64,000 bases of DNA, taken from the NCBI GenBank assembly GCA_040752335.1, contig JBFMEV010000014.1, forward strand, positions 575-64,574. Direction: 5' to 3'. The notes beneath the pieces were generated by a model. The model was given only the letters and a program-made list of their open reading frames with translations, made no database searches and was not told the origin of the DNA. This document shows positions 47,113 to 58,265 of this stretch, piece after piece. Every line of letters starts with the position of its first letter. The first letter of the stretch is position 1. Source of the DNA: Chloroflexota bacterium (GTDB taxonomy: Bacteria; Chloroflexota; Limnocylindria; Limnocylindrales; CSP1-4). The position numbers and the translations under genes are program-made.

Positions 47113-47766
47113 ATGCCGGCCCGCCAGCTCCGCGGCCGCCAGCCGCTGGTCTCGCTGCCGCTCCTCGCCGCCACGCTCGTCGTCGCCCTGGTCGCGATGG
47201 CCTGCGGCGGCTCGGCCGGCCCGGGCGTCGCGACGCTCGAATCCGCCGATCCGGCCGCCAGCGGCGACGCGACCCCGGCCCCCAGCGTCGACCCGGAGGA
47301 GGCGGCCCTCGCCTTCGCCGAGTGCATGCGCGACCACGGCATCGACATGCCCGACCCGCAGATCGATTCGAACGGCAACATGCGGGTCACGATCGGCGCC
47401 GGCGGCAACATCGGCGAGATCGACCGCGAGACGATGGAGGCGGCGCAGGAGGCCTGCCGGGAGCTCCTGCCGGGCGCCGGCCTCGCTAGGCCGGGCGGTC
47501 GCGAGCTCACACCCGAGGACGAGGAGAGGATCCTGGCGTTCGCGGAGTGCATGCGCGAGCATGGCATCGACGTCCCGGATCCACAGTTCGGCGGGGGCGG
47601 CGGCTTCATCCGGGTCGGCCCCGGCGCCGGCGGCGACGACGACGGCCAGGCCGGCGACGGCCCGGCCTTCGACCCCAACGACGAGGACTTCCAGGCCGCC
47701 CAGGAGGCCTGCCGCGAGCTCCTGCCGGGCTTCGGCCCCGATCCCCGGACGGACGACGTCCGATGA
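47113..47766 (+). CDS. Lipoprotein with duplicated AFAECMR.HG module
   Basis: Lipobox AMAC; AFAECMRDHGIDMPDP and AFAECMREHGIDVPDP, each followed by AAQEACRELLPG; GGAGG RBS. Confidence 0.85.
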   Translation: MPARQLRGRQPLVSLPLLAATLVVALVAMACGGSAGPGVATLESADPAASGDATPAPSVDPEEAALAFAECMRDHGIDMPDPQIDSNGNMRVTIGAGGNIGEIDRETMEAAQEACRELLPGAGLARPGGRELTPEDEERILAFAECMREHGIDVPDPQFGGGGGFIRVGPGAGGDDDGQAGDGPAFDPNDEDFQAAQEACRELLPGFGPDPRTDDVR

Positions 47767-48848
47767 GGCGGGCTGCGATCGTCGGAGGCCTCGCCGTCGT
47801 CGCCATCGCGGGGGTGGCGGCGGCTGCGTGGTCGGGCCTCGTCCCGCTCGGCGGACCGGGCACGGTGGGCGCGGCGGACGCGGAGACGAGCCCGCCGCCC
47901 GAGACCGCGACGGTCGAGCGCCGGACCCTTGAGGTCGATGACGAGCTCGACGGGACCCTCGGCTATGACGGCGACTTCCAGGTAGCCGGCGGCCCCGGCG
48001 GTACGGTCACGCTGCTGCCCGATGTCGGGGTAATCCTCGAGCGCGGCGATCGACTCGTCGAGCTCAACGGCGGCGCGATGTCGGCCGTCTTGCTGTACGG
48101 CCTCCGGCCGGCGTGGCGGACCCTCGGTCCGGACATCGACGACGGCCTCGACATCCTTCAGCTCGAGGAGAACCTGGCGACCATGGGCCTGTTCGGGGAC
48201 ATGACGCCGGATAGAACCTGGGACGCCGACACGACCGCCGCGGTGGAGGCCTTCCAGAAGCAGGTCTACCTGCCGATCGACGGCACGCTCGGCCTGGGCG
48301 AGGTCGTCTTCCTGCCCGAGGCGATCCGGGTGACCGGCACGCTCGCCCGGGTCGGCGGCCAGCTCGGTCCCGGCCAGGCGATCCTTCAGGCCTCGTGGAC
48401 CGACCGCGTCGTCGCCGTCGACCTCGGCGTCTCCGACCGCGATCTCCTGCCGACCGGGGCGAGCGTCGAGATCGAGCTGCCCGACGGGACCCGGACCGCG
48501 GGCACGGTCACGAGCGTCGGGCGGGTCGCGACGGCGGGTGGCGGGGCCCCGGGTGGCGGCGGCGAGTCGACCCTCGACGTCACGATCGCGCCGGACGATC
48601 CAACGGCCGTGGCGGACCTCGACGCCGCGCCGGTGACGGTCCATGTCGTGGGCGCGGTCCGGGAGGACGTCCTGACGGTCCCGGTGAGCGCGCTGCTCGC
48701 TCTTCTCGAGGGCGGCTACGCGGTCGAGGTCGTGGAGGACGACGGCTCGACCCACTACCTGGCCGTCGACGCCGGGTTGTTCCAGGATGGCATCGTCGAG
48801 ATCCGGGGCGACGGCCTGGAGGAGGGCATGACGGTGGTCGTCCCATGA
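47763..48848 (+). CDS. Periplasmic adaptor-like subunit with peptidoglycan-binding domain
   Basis: N-terminal TM; DILQLEENL...[10 protein letters not shown] (PG-binding); [20 protein letters not shown]. Confidence 0.85.
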   Translation: MRRAAIVGGLAVVAIAGVAAAAWSGLVPLGGPGTVGAADAETSPPPETATVERRTLEVDDELDGTLGYDGDFQVAGGPGGTVTLLPDVGVILERGDRLVELNGGAMSAVLLYGLRPAWRTLGPDIDDGLDILQLEENLATMGLFGDMTPDRTWDADTTAAVEAFQKQVYLPIDGTLGLGEVVFLPEAIRVTGTLARVGGQLGPGQAILQASWTDRVVAVDLGVSDRDLLPTGASVEIELPDGTRTAGTVTSVGRVATAGGGAPGGGGESTLDVTIAPDDPTAVADLDAAPVTVHVVGAVREDVLTVPVSALLALLEGGYAVEVVEDDGSTHYLAVDAGLFQDGIVEIRGDGLEEGMTVVVP

Positions 48849-49540
48849 GCGCCGTCGTCGAGCTCGCCGGCGTGACCAAGGAGTATCCCGGGGAGCCGCC
48901 CGTCCAGGCGCTCCGCGGGGTCGACCTCCGGATCCACGCCGGCGAGCTCACCACGATCGTCGGGCCGTCGGGCTCCGGCAAGTCGACGATGCTCCACGTC
49001 ATCGGGACCCTCGACCGGCCGACCGGCGGGTCCGTCGTCCTGGGCGGCCACGAGACCGCCCGGCTGTCGGATGGACGCCTCTCGGCCCTGCGGGCCCTGA
49101 TGATCGGCTTCGTCTTCCAACAGTTCCATCTCCAGGCCGGCCGTTCGGCCCTCGACAACGTCGCCGATGCCCTCGTCTACCGCGGCACGCCCGGCCACGA
49201 GCGGCGCCGGGCGGCGGCCGAGGCCCTCGACCGGGTGGGACTGGGGCATCGGCGCGGTCATCGACCCGGTCAGCTCTCGGGCGGCGAACAGCAACGGGTC
49301 GCGATCGCCAGGGCGCTCGTCGGCCGGCCGGCCCTCGTCCTCGCCGACGAGCCGACCGGCAACCTCGACTCGGTGACCGGCGAAGAGATCATCGCCCTGC
49401 TGACGGAGCTCCACGCCCACGACGGGACGACGATCGTCGTCATCACCCACGACACCCATGTCGCCGCGGCCTTCCCGCGGCAGGTGGAGCTGCTCGACGG
49501 CCGGATCGTGGCCGATCAGCCGTCGCGGTGGTCGGCATGA
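48845..49540 (+). CDS. MacB/LolD-type ABC ATPase
   Basis: [37 protein letters not shown]. Confidence 0.96.
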   Translation: MSAVVELAGVTKEYPGEPPVQALRGVDLRIHAGELTTIVGPSGSGKSTMLHVIGTLDRPTGGSVVLGGHETARLSDGRLSALRALMIGFVFQQFHLQAGRSALDNVADALVYRGTPGHERRRAAAEALDRVGLGHRRGHRPGQLSGGEQQRVAIARALVGRPALVLADEPTGNLDSVTGEEIIALLTELHAHDGTTIVVITHDTHVAAAFPRQVELLDGRIVADQPSRWSA

Positions 49541-50772
49541 CCGGCGCCACCCTGGAGCTGCCCGCACCCGGCCACGCGGTCGAGCTTCGGCCGACCCGGG
49601 TGGGGCTGGCGGACGTCGTCCGGATCGGGCTCGAAGGCCTCGCCGCGCGGCGGCTCCGGTCTGCCCTCACGGCTCTCGGGATCGCGATCGGGATCGGGGC
49701 CATGGTCGCGGTCCTGGCGGTGTCGGAGTCGTCGCGGGCCTCGCTCCTGGCGGTCCTCAATCGGCTGGGGACCAACCTCCTGACGGTCTCGCCGGGCCAG
49801 ACGTTCGGTGGCGAGGCGGCCAGCCTGCCACCTGAATCGATCCCGATGATCGCCCGGATCGGGCCGGTAACGGACGTCTCCGGGGTCGAAGGGCTGTCGA
49901 CGATCGTCCGCCGCACCGACCTGATCTCATCGAACCAGACCGGCGGCATCTCGGTCTACGCCGTCGACCTGTCGCTGCCGGAGACGCTCGATCTCGAGCT
50001 CGCCGACGGACGCTTCCTCGACACCGCGATCGCGGCGTACGCGGCGGTCGTCCTCGGCTCGACGGCGGCGGCCCGACTCGGGCTGTCCGACCTCGACGAC
50101 CCGCGACTGGTCTACATCGGCAGCCACTGGTTCGTGGTCGTCGGGATCCTCGAGCCGGCGCCGCTGACGCCCGAGGTCGATCGGTCGGCCTACATCGGCC
50201 AGGCGATCGCGGCCGAGCTGCTCGCGGCGACCGGCAACCCGACCACGGTCTACGTCCGGGCCGACCCGGCGGCGATCGACGACGTCCGCTCGGTCCTGGC
50301 CGCGACCGCCAACCCCGGCAACCCCGAGGAAGTCGAGGTCTCGAGGCCATCCGAGGCCCTCGAGGCCCAGGCCGCCGCCGCGGTGGCCTTCACTGGGCTG
50401 TTCCTGGGGCTTGGGTCCGTGGCCCTCCTCGTGGGCGGCCTGGGGATTGCCAATGTCATGCTCATGGCGGTGCTGGAACGGCGCCCGGAGATCGGCCTGC
50501 GGCGGGCCCTTGGCGCGACCCGCGGCCACATCGCCGGTCAGTTCCTGACGGAGGCCGCGCTCCTCGCTGGGTTCGGCGGGCTGGTCGGCGTGGCGCTCGG
50601 GGTCGTCACCGCGGCGGTCTACGCCGGCAGCCAGGGCTGGACCCTCGCCGTACCGCTGGTCGCCCTCTTCGGCGGCCCATTGGGGGCGCTGGCAATCGGC
50701 GCGGCGGCAGGGTTGTACCCCGCCCTGCGGGCCTCGGCCACGCCACCGACGGAGGCGCTCCGGGCCGGCTGA
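49537..50772 (+). CDS. MacB/FtsX-type ABC permease
   Basis: [39 protein letters not shown]. Confidence 0.95.
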   Translation: MTGATLELPAPGHAVELRPTRVGLADVVRIGLEGLAARRLRSALTALGIAIGIGAMVAVLAVSESSRASLLAVLNRLGTNLLTVSPGQTFGGEAASLPPESIPMIARIGPVTDVSGVEGLSTIVRRTDLISSNQTGGISVYAVDLSLPETLDLELADGRFLDTAIAAYAAVVLGSTAAARLGLSDLDDPRLVYIGSHWFVVVGILEPAPLTPEVDRSAYIGQAIAAELLAATGNPTTVYVRADPAAIDDVRSVLAATANPGNPEEVEVSRPSEALEAQAAAAVAFTGLFLGLGSVALLVGGLGIANVMLMAVLERRPEIGLRRALGATRGHIAGQFLTEAALLAGFGGLVGVALGVVTAAVYAGSQGWTLAVPLVALFGGPLGALAIGAAAGLYPALRASATPPTEALRAG

Positions 50773-50830
50773 CGTACCCTTCCGGCGTCGGAGCCGGCGG
50801 AGCACAGAGCGAGACGGGAGCGGGCGCGGG

Positions 50831-51508
50831 ATGGCGGAGCGGGTGGTCGTGGTCACCGGGGCGACCGGCAAGCTCGGGCCGACCGTCGCCGCGAGGTTCG
50901 CGGCGGCGGGGGACCGCCTGGCCTTGCTCGCCCGCGACGGCGAGGCGGTCGCGGCCCTCGCCGCGACGCTGCCCGGTGGGCCGGGCCGTCACGCCGGGAT
51001 CGCCGTCGATCTTTCGTCGGAGGCCGGGGCCCAGGTGGCCGCGGCCGCCGTCCGGGAGCGCCTCGGGGCACCAGCGGTGCTACTCCACCTCGTCGGTGGC
51101 TACGCCGGCGGGACCTCGATCGAGGACGCGGACCCGGCCCTCTGGCGGGACCTCTTCGAGCTCAACTTCTGGTCGACGTTCCACACCCTCCGGGCATTCC
51201 TGCCCGACATCCGCGCGGCCGAGCAGGGCCGGATCGTGACCATCTCCACGCCGCTCGCCGGCGCGCCGGTCGCGAACATCGGGCCGTACGCCGCCTCGAA
51301 GGGGGCCGTGGAGACGCTGACCCTGACACTTGCGAAGGAGCTCGCCGGCACGACCGCGACGGCCAACGTCATCCTCGTCCGAACGATCGGCGACGAGAAG
51401 CCGACCCACACCCGGCCCGACGAGATCGCCGCCGCGCTCGCCTGGCTGGCCTCGCCCGAGGCCGCCGCCGTCAGCGGCCAGCGGATCCCGCTCGTCGGGC
51501 GCGCCTGA
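50831..51508 (+). CDS. Short-chain dehydrogenase/reductase
   Basis: VTGATGKLG, YAASK. Confidence 0.92.
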   Translation: MAERVVVVTGATGKLGPTVAARFAAAGDRLALLARDGEAVAALAATLPGGPGRHAGIAVDLSSEAGAQVAAAAVRERLGAPAVLLHLVGGYAGGTSIEDADPALWRDLFELNFWSTFHTLRAFLPDIRAAEQGRIVTISTPLAGAPVANIGPYAASKGAVETLTLTLAKELAGTTATANVILVRTIGDEKPTHTRPDEIAAALAWLASPEAAAVSGQRIPLVGRA

Positions 51509-51557
51509 GCCGACCCAGACCCGATCTCGGCCGGGTTGCGGTATCCTCCCGGGTCGC

Positions 51558-51632
<75 letters not shown>

Positions 51633-51649
51633 CCTGAGACGCCCGATGT

Positions 51650-51676
51650 CGACCCCTCCGGAACGCGGAGGGGTCG
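51650..51676 (+). terminator. GC-rich hairpin after the tRNA
   Basis: cgacccctccg-gaacg-cggaggggtcg, 11-bp perfect stem; weak U-tract. Confidence 0.6.
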
Positions 51677-51988
51677 CTCGCGTTCTGTGAGCAGGCCGAA
51701 CGGCTCTGGCGCGGCCGCCACGGTTGCGTACCCTCGCTCCAGCAGGGCGACGACGCGGAGTGGAGCCGGCGTCGCATCGGTGGCGCGAACGATGGCCCGT
51801 GCGCGACGTGGCGTCCCGGAGGGCGGGGCGAGGTGGATCGGGGCGGGTCGAGCGTCAGCGTTCCGGGGTCAAGAGAATGGTGTCCTCTTGCGACCGAAGA
51901 TTGGGCTGCCGCCCAATCCGTTCCTGGTCGCCTTAGCCAGACCGTGGTCCTCGAGCCGGACAGCCCGGCGCGAGGGAGGAACCACGGG

Positions 51989-52501
51989 ATGCAGCCATCC
52001 AACGGCATCATCGTCGAAGCGGCATACGAGCTCCATCGCGGACCGCTCGTCCGCCGCTTGACGGTCATCACTCGCGACGCCGACGTCGCCGAGGACCTCG
52101 TCCAGGAGGCCTTCCTGCGACTCGCCCGCGAGGTCGAGGCCGGCCGGACCCCGATTGACGCGGGTGCCTGGCTCCACCGCGTCGCCGGTAACCTGGCGAC
52201 GAGCCGCGGCCGGCACCTGTCGGTCGTTGACCGCCGCGCCGGCGAGCTGCCCCATCCGGACGGCCCCACGAGCCCCGAGGCGCAGGTCGTCGAAGCCGAG
52301 CTCAACGAGGCGCTTCGAGCAGTCCTCGCCCAGCTCTCGTCCGACGACCGCGGTGCGCTCATCCTCGCGGCGCAGGGCTATCGCGGCCCCGAGATAGCTG
52401 CCTCCATCGGTCGGACCGCCGGAGCCACCAGGACCCTGCTCTGCCGAGCCCGGACCAAGGTCCGCGACCGGCTCGGGCTCGCGGGCTACAGCCCGGCGTG
52501 A
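51989..52501 (+). CDS. ECF sigma-70 factor
   Basis: VAEDLVQEAFLRL, AWLHRVAGNL, EIAASIGRTAGATRTLLCRAR; GGGAGG RBS. Confidence 0.9.
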   Translation: MQPSNGIIVEAAYELHRGPLVRRLTVITRDADVAEDLVQEAFLRLAREVEAGRTPIDAGAWLHRVAGNLATSRGRHLSVVDRRAGELPHPDGPTSPEAQVVEAELNEALRAVLAQLSSDDRGALILAAQGYRGPEIAASIGRTAGATRTLLCRARTKVRDRLGLAGYSPA

Positions 52502-52505
52502 TGCC

Positions 52506-53876
52506 GTGGCGATCGGCAGGGAGGGCGATCCCGAGCGCCCGGATTCGGAAGTGGCCCGCTGGACCGCGACGACCGCCGGATTCGTAGCCGGCCTCGGGCT
52601 CGGCGCGCTCCAGCCATTGGTCGTGGTCGGGTTCGGCGTCGGCATCTCTGCAGGCCTATCTCCCGTCGGGCTCGTGTTCATCGGCTGCGTCGGCGTCGTC
52701 CTCACGGTCGGCCCGGTTGCGGTGCTGGTCCGTGGCGGCCGGAACGCCACCGTTCCCATCGCCCTGGCGAGCCTGTTCCTGGCGTTCGGGATGCTGGCCG
52801 GAAACCTCGTGGTCGTGCGGCTGCAGATCGGCTTCGCAGCTCCGCGGCCGCCATCGGAGATTCATCCGACAGGGTCGGGCTGGAGCGCCGCCGGGCATCT
52901 GGTCGACGGTCGCTCGGACCACACCGCGACGCTGCTCGCCGATGGCCGCGTCCTCGTGGCAGGTGGTCGGGACCGGTCCGTAGTGCTGGCATCCGCCGAG
53001 CTCTACGACCCACTGACCGAGACGTGGCGCAAAACGGGCCTGATGAGCTCCGGGCGGGCCGACCACGATGCGACGCTGCTCGCCGACGGCCGGGTGCTCG
53101 TCGTCGATGGGTCCGGAGCGGCCGTGCTCTTCGATCCGGTCACGGAGCAGTGGACGGTGACGTCGAGTCTGGCCACAGGTCGCGCGGCCTTCGCGATCGT
53201 GTCCCTGATCGATGGCCGGGCCCTTGTCATCGGCGGTTGGATCAGCGACGCCTCGTCCCTGCCGGAAGGCCCGTCCGGCTCGGCAGAGCTCTACGATTCC
53301 GCCTCGGGCGCGTGGTCGCCCGTCGGGCCGATGACGGTCTCGCGGGCCGAGCACAGCGCGACCCGCCTCGCCGACGGGCGGATCCTGGTGGTCGGAGGAT
53401 GGGGGCGATCGAGCTCGGCGAATGATCCCCGCCCGGCCCTGGCCTCGGCCGAGATCTTCGATCCAGCGACCAATACGTGGACGAATGTGTCGTCGATGCG
53501 AGATGCGCGTTCCGGACACGGGGCGGTCCTCGAGGTCGCCGGCACAGTGGTGGTGGTGGGCGGCCGACCCGAGGCCGTCACCGCCGAGCGCTTCGACCCC
53601 ATGACGGGCACCTGGAGCCAGGCCGCCCCTGTCGAACTTCTTCTGGGGCCGACCGCGCTTCGGGCTCGCGATGACGGTCTCGTCTTCGTCGACGGACTGG
53701 GGGCCGTTGCGAAGCTCGACCCCGGCGATGCTGCAGGACGCGTCGTCGGCAACACGGAACATGGCTTCGGCGCCACGGCCACACGACTCGCCGACGGCCG
53801 GATCCTGGTCGTCGGCGGCTCCCGGTACGGTCGGGCGGATCCGCTGGCCGACGTCCATCTGTTCGACCCGGGATAG
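52506..53876 (+). CDS. Membrane-anchored kelch-repeat (beta-propeller) protein
   Basis: N-terminal hydrophobic helices, then repeated RxxHxATxLxDGRxLVxGG...AExYDP units. Confidence 0.88.
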   Translation: MAIGREGDPERPDSEVARWTATTAGFVAGLGLGALQPLVVVGFGVGISAGLSPVGLVFIGCVGVVLTVGPVAVLVRGGRNATVPIALASLFLAFGMLAGNLVVVRLQIGFAAPRPPSEIHPTGSGWSAAGHLVDGRSDHTATLLADGRVLVAGGRDRSVVLASAELYDPLTETWRKTGLMSSGRADHDATLLADGRVLVVDGSGAAVLFDPVTEQWTVTSSLATGRAAFAIVSLIDGRALVIGGWISDASSLPEGPSGSAELYDSASGAWSPVGPMTVSRAEHSATRLADGRILVVGGWGRSSSANDPRPALASAEIFDPATNTWTNVSSMRDARSGHGAVLEVAGTVVVVGGRPEAVTAERFDPMTGTWSQAAPVELLLGPTALRARDDGLVFVDGLGAVAKLDPGDAAGRVVGNTEHGFGATATRLADGRILVVGGSRYGRADPLADVHLFDPG

Positions 53877-53960
53877 GCCCCGGGACAGGCCCCGATCGTC
53901 GCCTGTCGGCACGAACCGTGGCTTCGTACGACCGCGAGGCGCGGGTATCATGCCCGCGCC

Positions 53961-56900
53961 GTGGTCGAGGCCCTGGGGCGTCGGACATTCGTGGGGCGGG
54001 GGATCGAGCTCGCGCGCCTCCGGCGTCTGCTCGACGACGTCGCGACCGGCCACGGCCGGGCGATCGTGGTCGCCGGCGAGGCCGGGATCGGCAAGAGCCG
54101 CCTCCTCGATCGGTTCGCCGAGATCGCGGTCGGGGACGGCGCGCTCAGCTTCCAGGGAGCCTGCCTTGAGACCGCTGACGGGGCCGTTCCGTACGCGCCG
54201 TTCGTGGAGATCCTCCGAGACCTTGTCCGGACGACATCGGCCGAGCGCCTGCCGGCGCTCCTGGGTCCCGGGCGCTCGGAGCTGACGAGGCTCATCCCCG
54301 AGCTCGCGCTGCGGGCAGCCGACGTGCCCGCACCGGCCGAGCTCGACCGGGCCGCCCAGGCTCGCCTGTTCGAGCTCGTCCTCGGCGTCTTCGAGCGCCT
54401 GTCCGCGTCCCGCCCGCTGGTCATCGAGATCGAGGACGTCCAGTGGGCGGACCGGTCCACGCGCGAGCTGCTCGGCTTCCTGGTCCGGAATCTCCGGGGG
54501 GACGCGGTCCTGATCGCCCTTGCCCTGCGCACCGATGCCCAGGGGGCGGCCGTGGGCAACCTCGCCTTCATCGCCGAGCTCGAGCGCGAGGAGCACGTCG
54601 ATCGGATGGAGCTCGGGCCGTTCGGTCGCGACGAGGTCGAAGCCCAGGTCGCCGCACTCCTCGCAGCAGCCCCGGATCCGACCGCGGTCGACCGGCTGCT
54701 CGCGCGCTCGGACGGCAACCCCTTCTACGTCGAGGAGCTGGTCCTCGCCGGGTCTGGAAACGGTCACGCTCCCGGCGGCGAGCTCGGCGGCGACCTCGAT
54801 GGCGACATGCCGCCGGTCCTGCGCGACGTCCTCGTGGCCCGCGTGGCCTCGCTCTCGGAGCCGGCCCGGGGCGTCCTGCGGGCGGCTGCAGCGGCGGGGC
54901 GCCGGATCGACGATGAGCTGCTCGCCGGCGTCCTGGCGATACCGGTCCGCGACCTCGCCGATGCCCTCCGGGAAGCGGTCGCGAGCGGCATCCTCGTTCG
55001 CCGAGGCAGTCGCGACGGTCGGAGCGATAGGGACCGCCGGCACGATGGCCGCGACGAGGATCGCGATGGTGCTGCCATCGAGTTTCGTCACGGGCTGCTC
55101 CAGGAAGTCGTCCGCGGTGAGCTGATGCCGGCCGAGCGGACGGCGCTCCACGCGCGCTTCGCCGCCGCCCTCGAGGCGCGCCTCGCGGATCCCGCGGCCG
55201 GCGCCGAGCTCGACGTGGCGCCGGTCGAGATCGCCCGCCACTGGGATGCGGCCCGCCGCCCGGATCGAGCCCTGGAGCCCACGATCCGGGCCGCGGAGGC
55301 TGCCGAGCATGTGTACGCCTTCGCCGAAGCCACGCGACTGTGGGCCCGCGCCGGTGAGCTCGCCACGGCCGCGCCGGCAGCGGCTGCCGCGCTCGGGATC
55401 GCTCGCGATGTGCTCCTGGAGCACGCGGCAGACGCCGCGGTCCTGGCGGGCGCCTACCGTGACGCCATCGAGCTCGGGCAGGCTGCAGTCGCCCTCGTCG
55501 ACCCGCAGGCCGATCCGGAGCGCGCCGGCCACCTCCACGACCGGCTGCGCTGGTACCTCTGGGAATCTGGCGATCGCGGCGCAGCGGCGGCGGCGGTCGA
55601 AGTCGCCCTTGGCCTCCTGCCCCGCGAGGTGCCCAGCGTCGGTCGGGCCCGGGCCCTGGCCCAGCACGCCGGGATCCGTCTCTACGCAGGTGACTACGAG
55701 GGGGCCGCCAGCGAGGCCCGGGAAGCCATGGAGGTCGCCCGCGCTGCGGGCGGGCCCGGCGAGGAGGCCCTGGCGCTCGGGGTCCTGGGCTGGTCGCTCG
55801 CGGTCCTGGGCGACCCCGCCACCGGCCTCGAGCGGTTCCGCGAAGCCCAGGCGATCGCCGAGCGGATCGGCTCGGTCGAGGGGATGGCCCTCGCGGCCTT
55901 CAACCTCGCCTCGCTCCTCGACCGGATCGGGCAGTCGGCGGCGTCGCTCGCCGCGGCCGCCGCCGGCTATGCCACGACCGATCGCCTTGGGGTCGCCCGG
56001 ACGTACGGCGGGCTGCTGCTCGGCTTCCGGGCCCGGGCCGAGTTCAACCTCGGGCGCTGGGACGACGCCGACACCTCCACCGCCCTGGGCCTCCGCCGAG
56101 GCGCCACTGACCGAGCGGAGCTGTGGCTGGCCACGAACCGGGCCCGCCTCCTGGCGGCCCGGGGCGAGCTCGCCGAGGCCGGCCGTCTCCTGCGCCGGGC
56201 CCGCGACATCGACGACCGCCTGGGAGGTACCGAATTCCGGAGCCCGCTCCTGGCGGCCGAGGCGGAGCTCGCGATGTGGGAGGGTCGCCTGGCCGAGGTC
56301 CGGGCGATCGGGAGCGAGGGAATCGCCCTGGCCGAGAAGCCGGGGCCACCGGACCCGTCCCTCGCCTGGCTCGCGGCCATCGTCCTGCGGGCCGAGGCGG
56401 ACGCTGCCACGGCGATCGGGACCCGGGCCACGGACGCCGAGCGGGCGGCCCTGGCCGCGCTCGTCGCCCGGATCGAGGGGGCGGCGGACGTGGCGGTCCA
56501 CACCGCCCGCGAGCTGCTCCAGGGCTCGGCCCGCGGCCGGGCGCTCCTCGGGCTGATCACCGCCGAGCGATCACGCCTGGCGGGATCCGACACCCCGGGC
56601 GCGTGGTCCGAGGTCGCGGCTGCCTGGACCGCCGCCGAGCGACCCTACCCGGCCGCCTACGCCACCTACCGCGCCGCCGCCGCGATCCTGGCCGCCGGCG
56701 GCCCGCGACGCGACGCGGCGGCGGCGCTGGCCTCGGCCGCCGATACCGCTCGATCGCTCCGGGCGACGCCGCTCCTCGGCCTGGTTCAGCGGCTCGCGCG
56801 CCAGGCCCGAATCGAGCTCGCGGAGCCGGCCGGGCCGGCCGGCGACGCTGCGGCGACCGGTGCGGCCGTCGGCGCGGACGGCGGCACTGCGGCCGCCCTG

Positions 56901-57119
56901 GGCCTGACCGAGCGTGAGGTCGAGGTTCTCCGGCTCGTCGCCGCCGGCTGGACGAACCAGCAGATCGGCGAGGCCCTGTTCATCACCCGTAAGACGGCCA
57001 GCGTCCACGTCTCGAACATCATGGCCAAGCTCGGGGTGGACCATCGGACCGAGGCGGCGGCGACGGCCCACCGGCTGGGCCTCGCCGGCGACGTGCCGCC
57101 GCCGGGCAGCGCGACGTAG
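53961..57119 (+). CDS. STAND AAA+ ATPase with C-terminal LuxR HTH (MalT-like regulator)
   Basis: GEAGIGKS, EDVQWAD, SDGNPFYVEEL, LTEREVEVLRLVAAGWTNQQIGEALFITRKTASVHVSNI. Confidence 0.93.
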   Translation: MVEALGRRTFVGRGIELARLRRLLDDVATGHGRAIVVAGEAGIGKSRLLDRFAEIAVGDGALSFQGACLETADGAVPYAPFVEILRDLVRTTSAERLPALLGPGRSELTRLIPELALRAADVPAPAELDRAAQARLFELVLGVFERLSASRPLVIEIEDVQWADRSTRELLGFLVRNLRGDAVLIALALRTDAQGAAVGNLAFIAELEREEHVDRMELGPFGRDEVEAQVAALLAAAPDPTAVDRLLARSDGNPFYVEELVLAGSGNGHAPGGELGGDLDGDMPPVLRDVLVARVASLSEPARGVLRAAAAAGRRIDDELLAGVLAIPVRDLADALREAVASGILVRRGSRDGRSDRDRRHDGRDEDRDGAAIEFRHGLLQEVVRGELMPAERTALHARFAAALEARLADPAAGAELDVAPVEIARHWDAARRPDRALEPTIRAAEAAEHVYAFAEATRLWARAGELATAAPAAAAALGIARDVLLEHAADAAVLAGAYRDAIELGQAAVALVDPQADPERAGHLHDRLRWYLWESGDRGAAAAAVEVALGLLPREVPSVGRARALAQHAGIRLYAGDYEGAASEAREAMEVARAAGGPGEEALALGVLGWSLAVLGDPATGLERFREAQAIAERIGSVEGMALAAFNLASLLDRIGQSAASLAAAAAGYATTDRLGVARTYGGLLLGFRARAEFNLGRWDDADTSTALGLRRGATDRAELWLATNRARLLAARGELAEAGRLLRRARDIDDRLGGTEFRSPLLAAEAELAMWEGRLAEVRAIGSEGIALAEKPGPPDPSLAWLAAIVLRAEADAATAIGTRATDAERAALAALVARIEGAADVAVHTARELLQGSARGRALLGLITAERSRLAGSDTPGAWSEVAAAWTAAERPYPAAYATYRAAAAILAAGGPRRDAAAALASAADTARSLRATPLLGLVQRLARQARIELAEPAGPAGDAAATGAAVGADGGTAAALGLTEREVEVLRLVAAGWTNQQIGEALFITRKTASVHVSNIMAKLGVDHRTEAAATAHRLGLAGDVPPPGSAT

Positions 57120-57135
57120 CGGCCGAGCTACCGCC

Positions 57136-58083
57136 TCACAGGCCCAGCAACCCGCCGCCCATCAGCGACTCGACCAGCGACTCGATCGGCAGCTCCACGA
57201 AATCATCGGGCGCGTCCGTCGAGATCGAGCCATCCGGATCGCGGAAGCGCAACGTCAGCTCGCCCGTCTGCGAGCTGTCCGTCTTCGACGCGAACTTGAC
57301 GTCGACCTCGGCGAGGTGGCCCGACGAGGCGTCGAGCCACAGGTCGATCTTGAGCTCGACCTGCTCGAGAGCGCTCCGGGCCGATTCGATCTCGGCCGCG
57401 CCCGCAGCGTCCAGGTAGTCGCTGGCCAGGAGCTTGTCGACGTCGAGGCCGACGCTGATGTGGTTGGCGTCCACGCCATTCCGGTCCTGGCGGCCCTCGT
57501 TCTTGAGGGTGATCCCAAGGCCCTCGAGGGTCGCCTTCAGCTCCCCGGCGTTCGCGGCCGGCGGCATCGTGGCCGTCGGGATCGCGGCGCCGCCGCTCAG
57601 CAGCTCGGCCAGGCTCTCGAGCTCGGCGGTCGTGCCCAGGCGCAGCCAGCCGCCCAGGTCGCCGTCGGGCAGCTCGCCGGTCTGGGCCAGGACGGTCTGG
57701 AGCAGGGCCCCGGCGACGGCGCTCCGGGCGTACACGGCGTCGCCGTCGTAGACGAGGTCGAAGTCGATCGAATCGCCGATGAAGCCGAACACCGCGAGGT
57801 CCGCGGGGTTCATGTCGAGCGACGCCAGGGGGATCGCGACGTGAACCGCGCCCTTGGCGCCGGCTTTGTCGATGACGACGCCGACCTGCGACGGATCGAT
57901 CACGATCGAGGTCGGGCCGTCGGTGATGGCAAAGCCGACGTTGACCTGGACCGGGTCGCGATCCGATTCGATGGCCTTGTAGAGGAGGTCGTAGGGATCG
58001 CCGCCCGACGAGCCGCCGCAGGCGGCGGCGATCGCGGTGACGGCGAGCAGGAGGGAGGCGAACGGAGCGAATCGTCGACGCAT
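57136..58083 (-). CDS. Putative lipoprotein (LppX/LolA-like fold possible)
   Basis: MRRRFAPF...AIAAAC lipobox; beta-rich with KIDLWLD. The fold guess is an inference. Confidence 0.75.
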   Translation of the reverse strand: MRRRFAPFASLLLAVTAIAAACGGSSGGDPYDLLYKAIESDRDPVQVNVGFAITDGPTSIVIDPSQVGVVIDKAGAKGAVHVAIPLASLDMNPADLAVFGFIGDSIDFDLVYDGDAVYARSAVAGALLQTVLAQTGELPDGDLGGWLRLGTTAELESLAELLSGGAAIPTATMPPAANAGELKATLEGLGITLKNEGRQDRNGVDANHISVGLDVDKLLASDYLDAAGAAEIESARSALEQVELKIDLWLDASSGHLAEVDVKFASKTDSSQTGELTLRFRDPDGSISTDAPDDFVELPIESLVESLMGGGLLGL

Positions 58084-58265
58084 GGTGGGCGATGACCTCG
58101 AGCGTGACACGCGTGGTGGCGGCTGATCGACCGGGGGGCCTGGGCACTGTACGACGCGGTGGCACCGCCGTCACGTGACGTTCGGCCCGCCTACGGTGGG
58201 GTTTCGCGGCCTCCCCGGAGCCATCTCGCGGCCGCTCCCGTGCTACCCTTCGACCACCCTTGGAG

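Noticed and set aside
52656-56501. 1281-aa minus-strand ORF and similar long antisense ORFs (e.g. 20758-22482, 5368-6549, 60459-62111, 12192-14333)
   Set aside because: Shadow frames of well-supported genes in high-GC DNA; no recognisable motifs.
58169-58180. Perfect 12-bp palindrome CGTCACGTGACG between divergent promoters
   Set aside because: A single instance that matches no site I can name; could arise by chance at this GC content.
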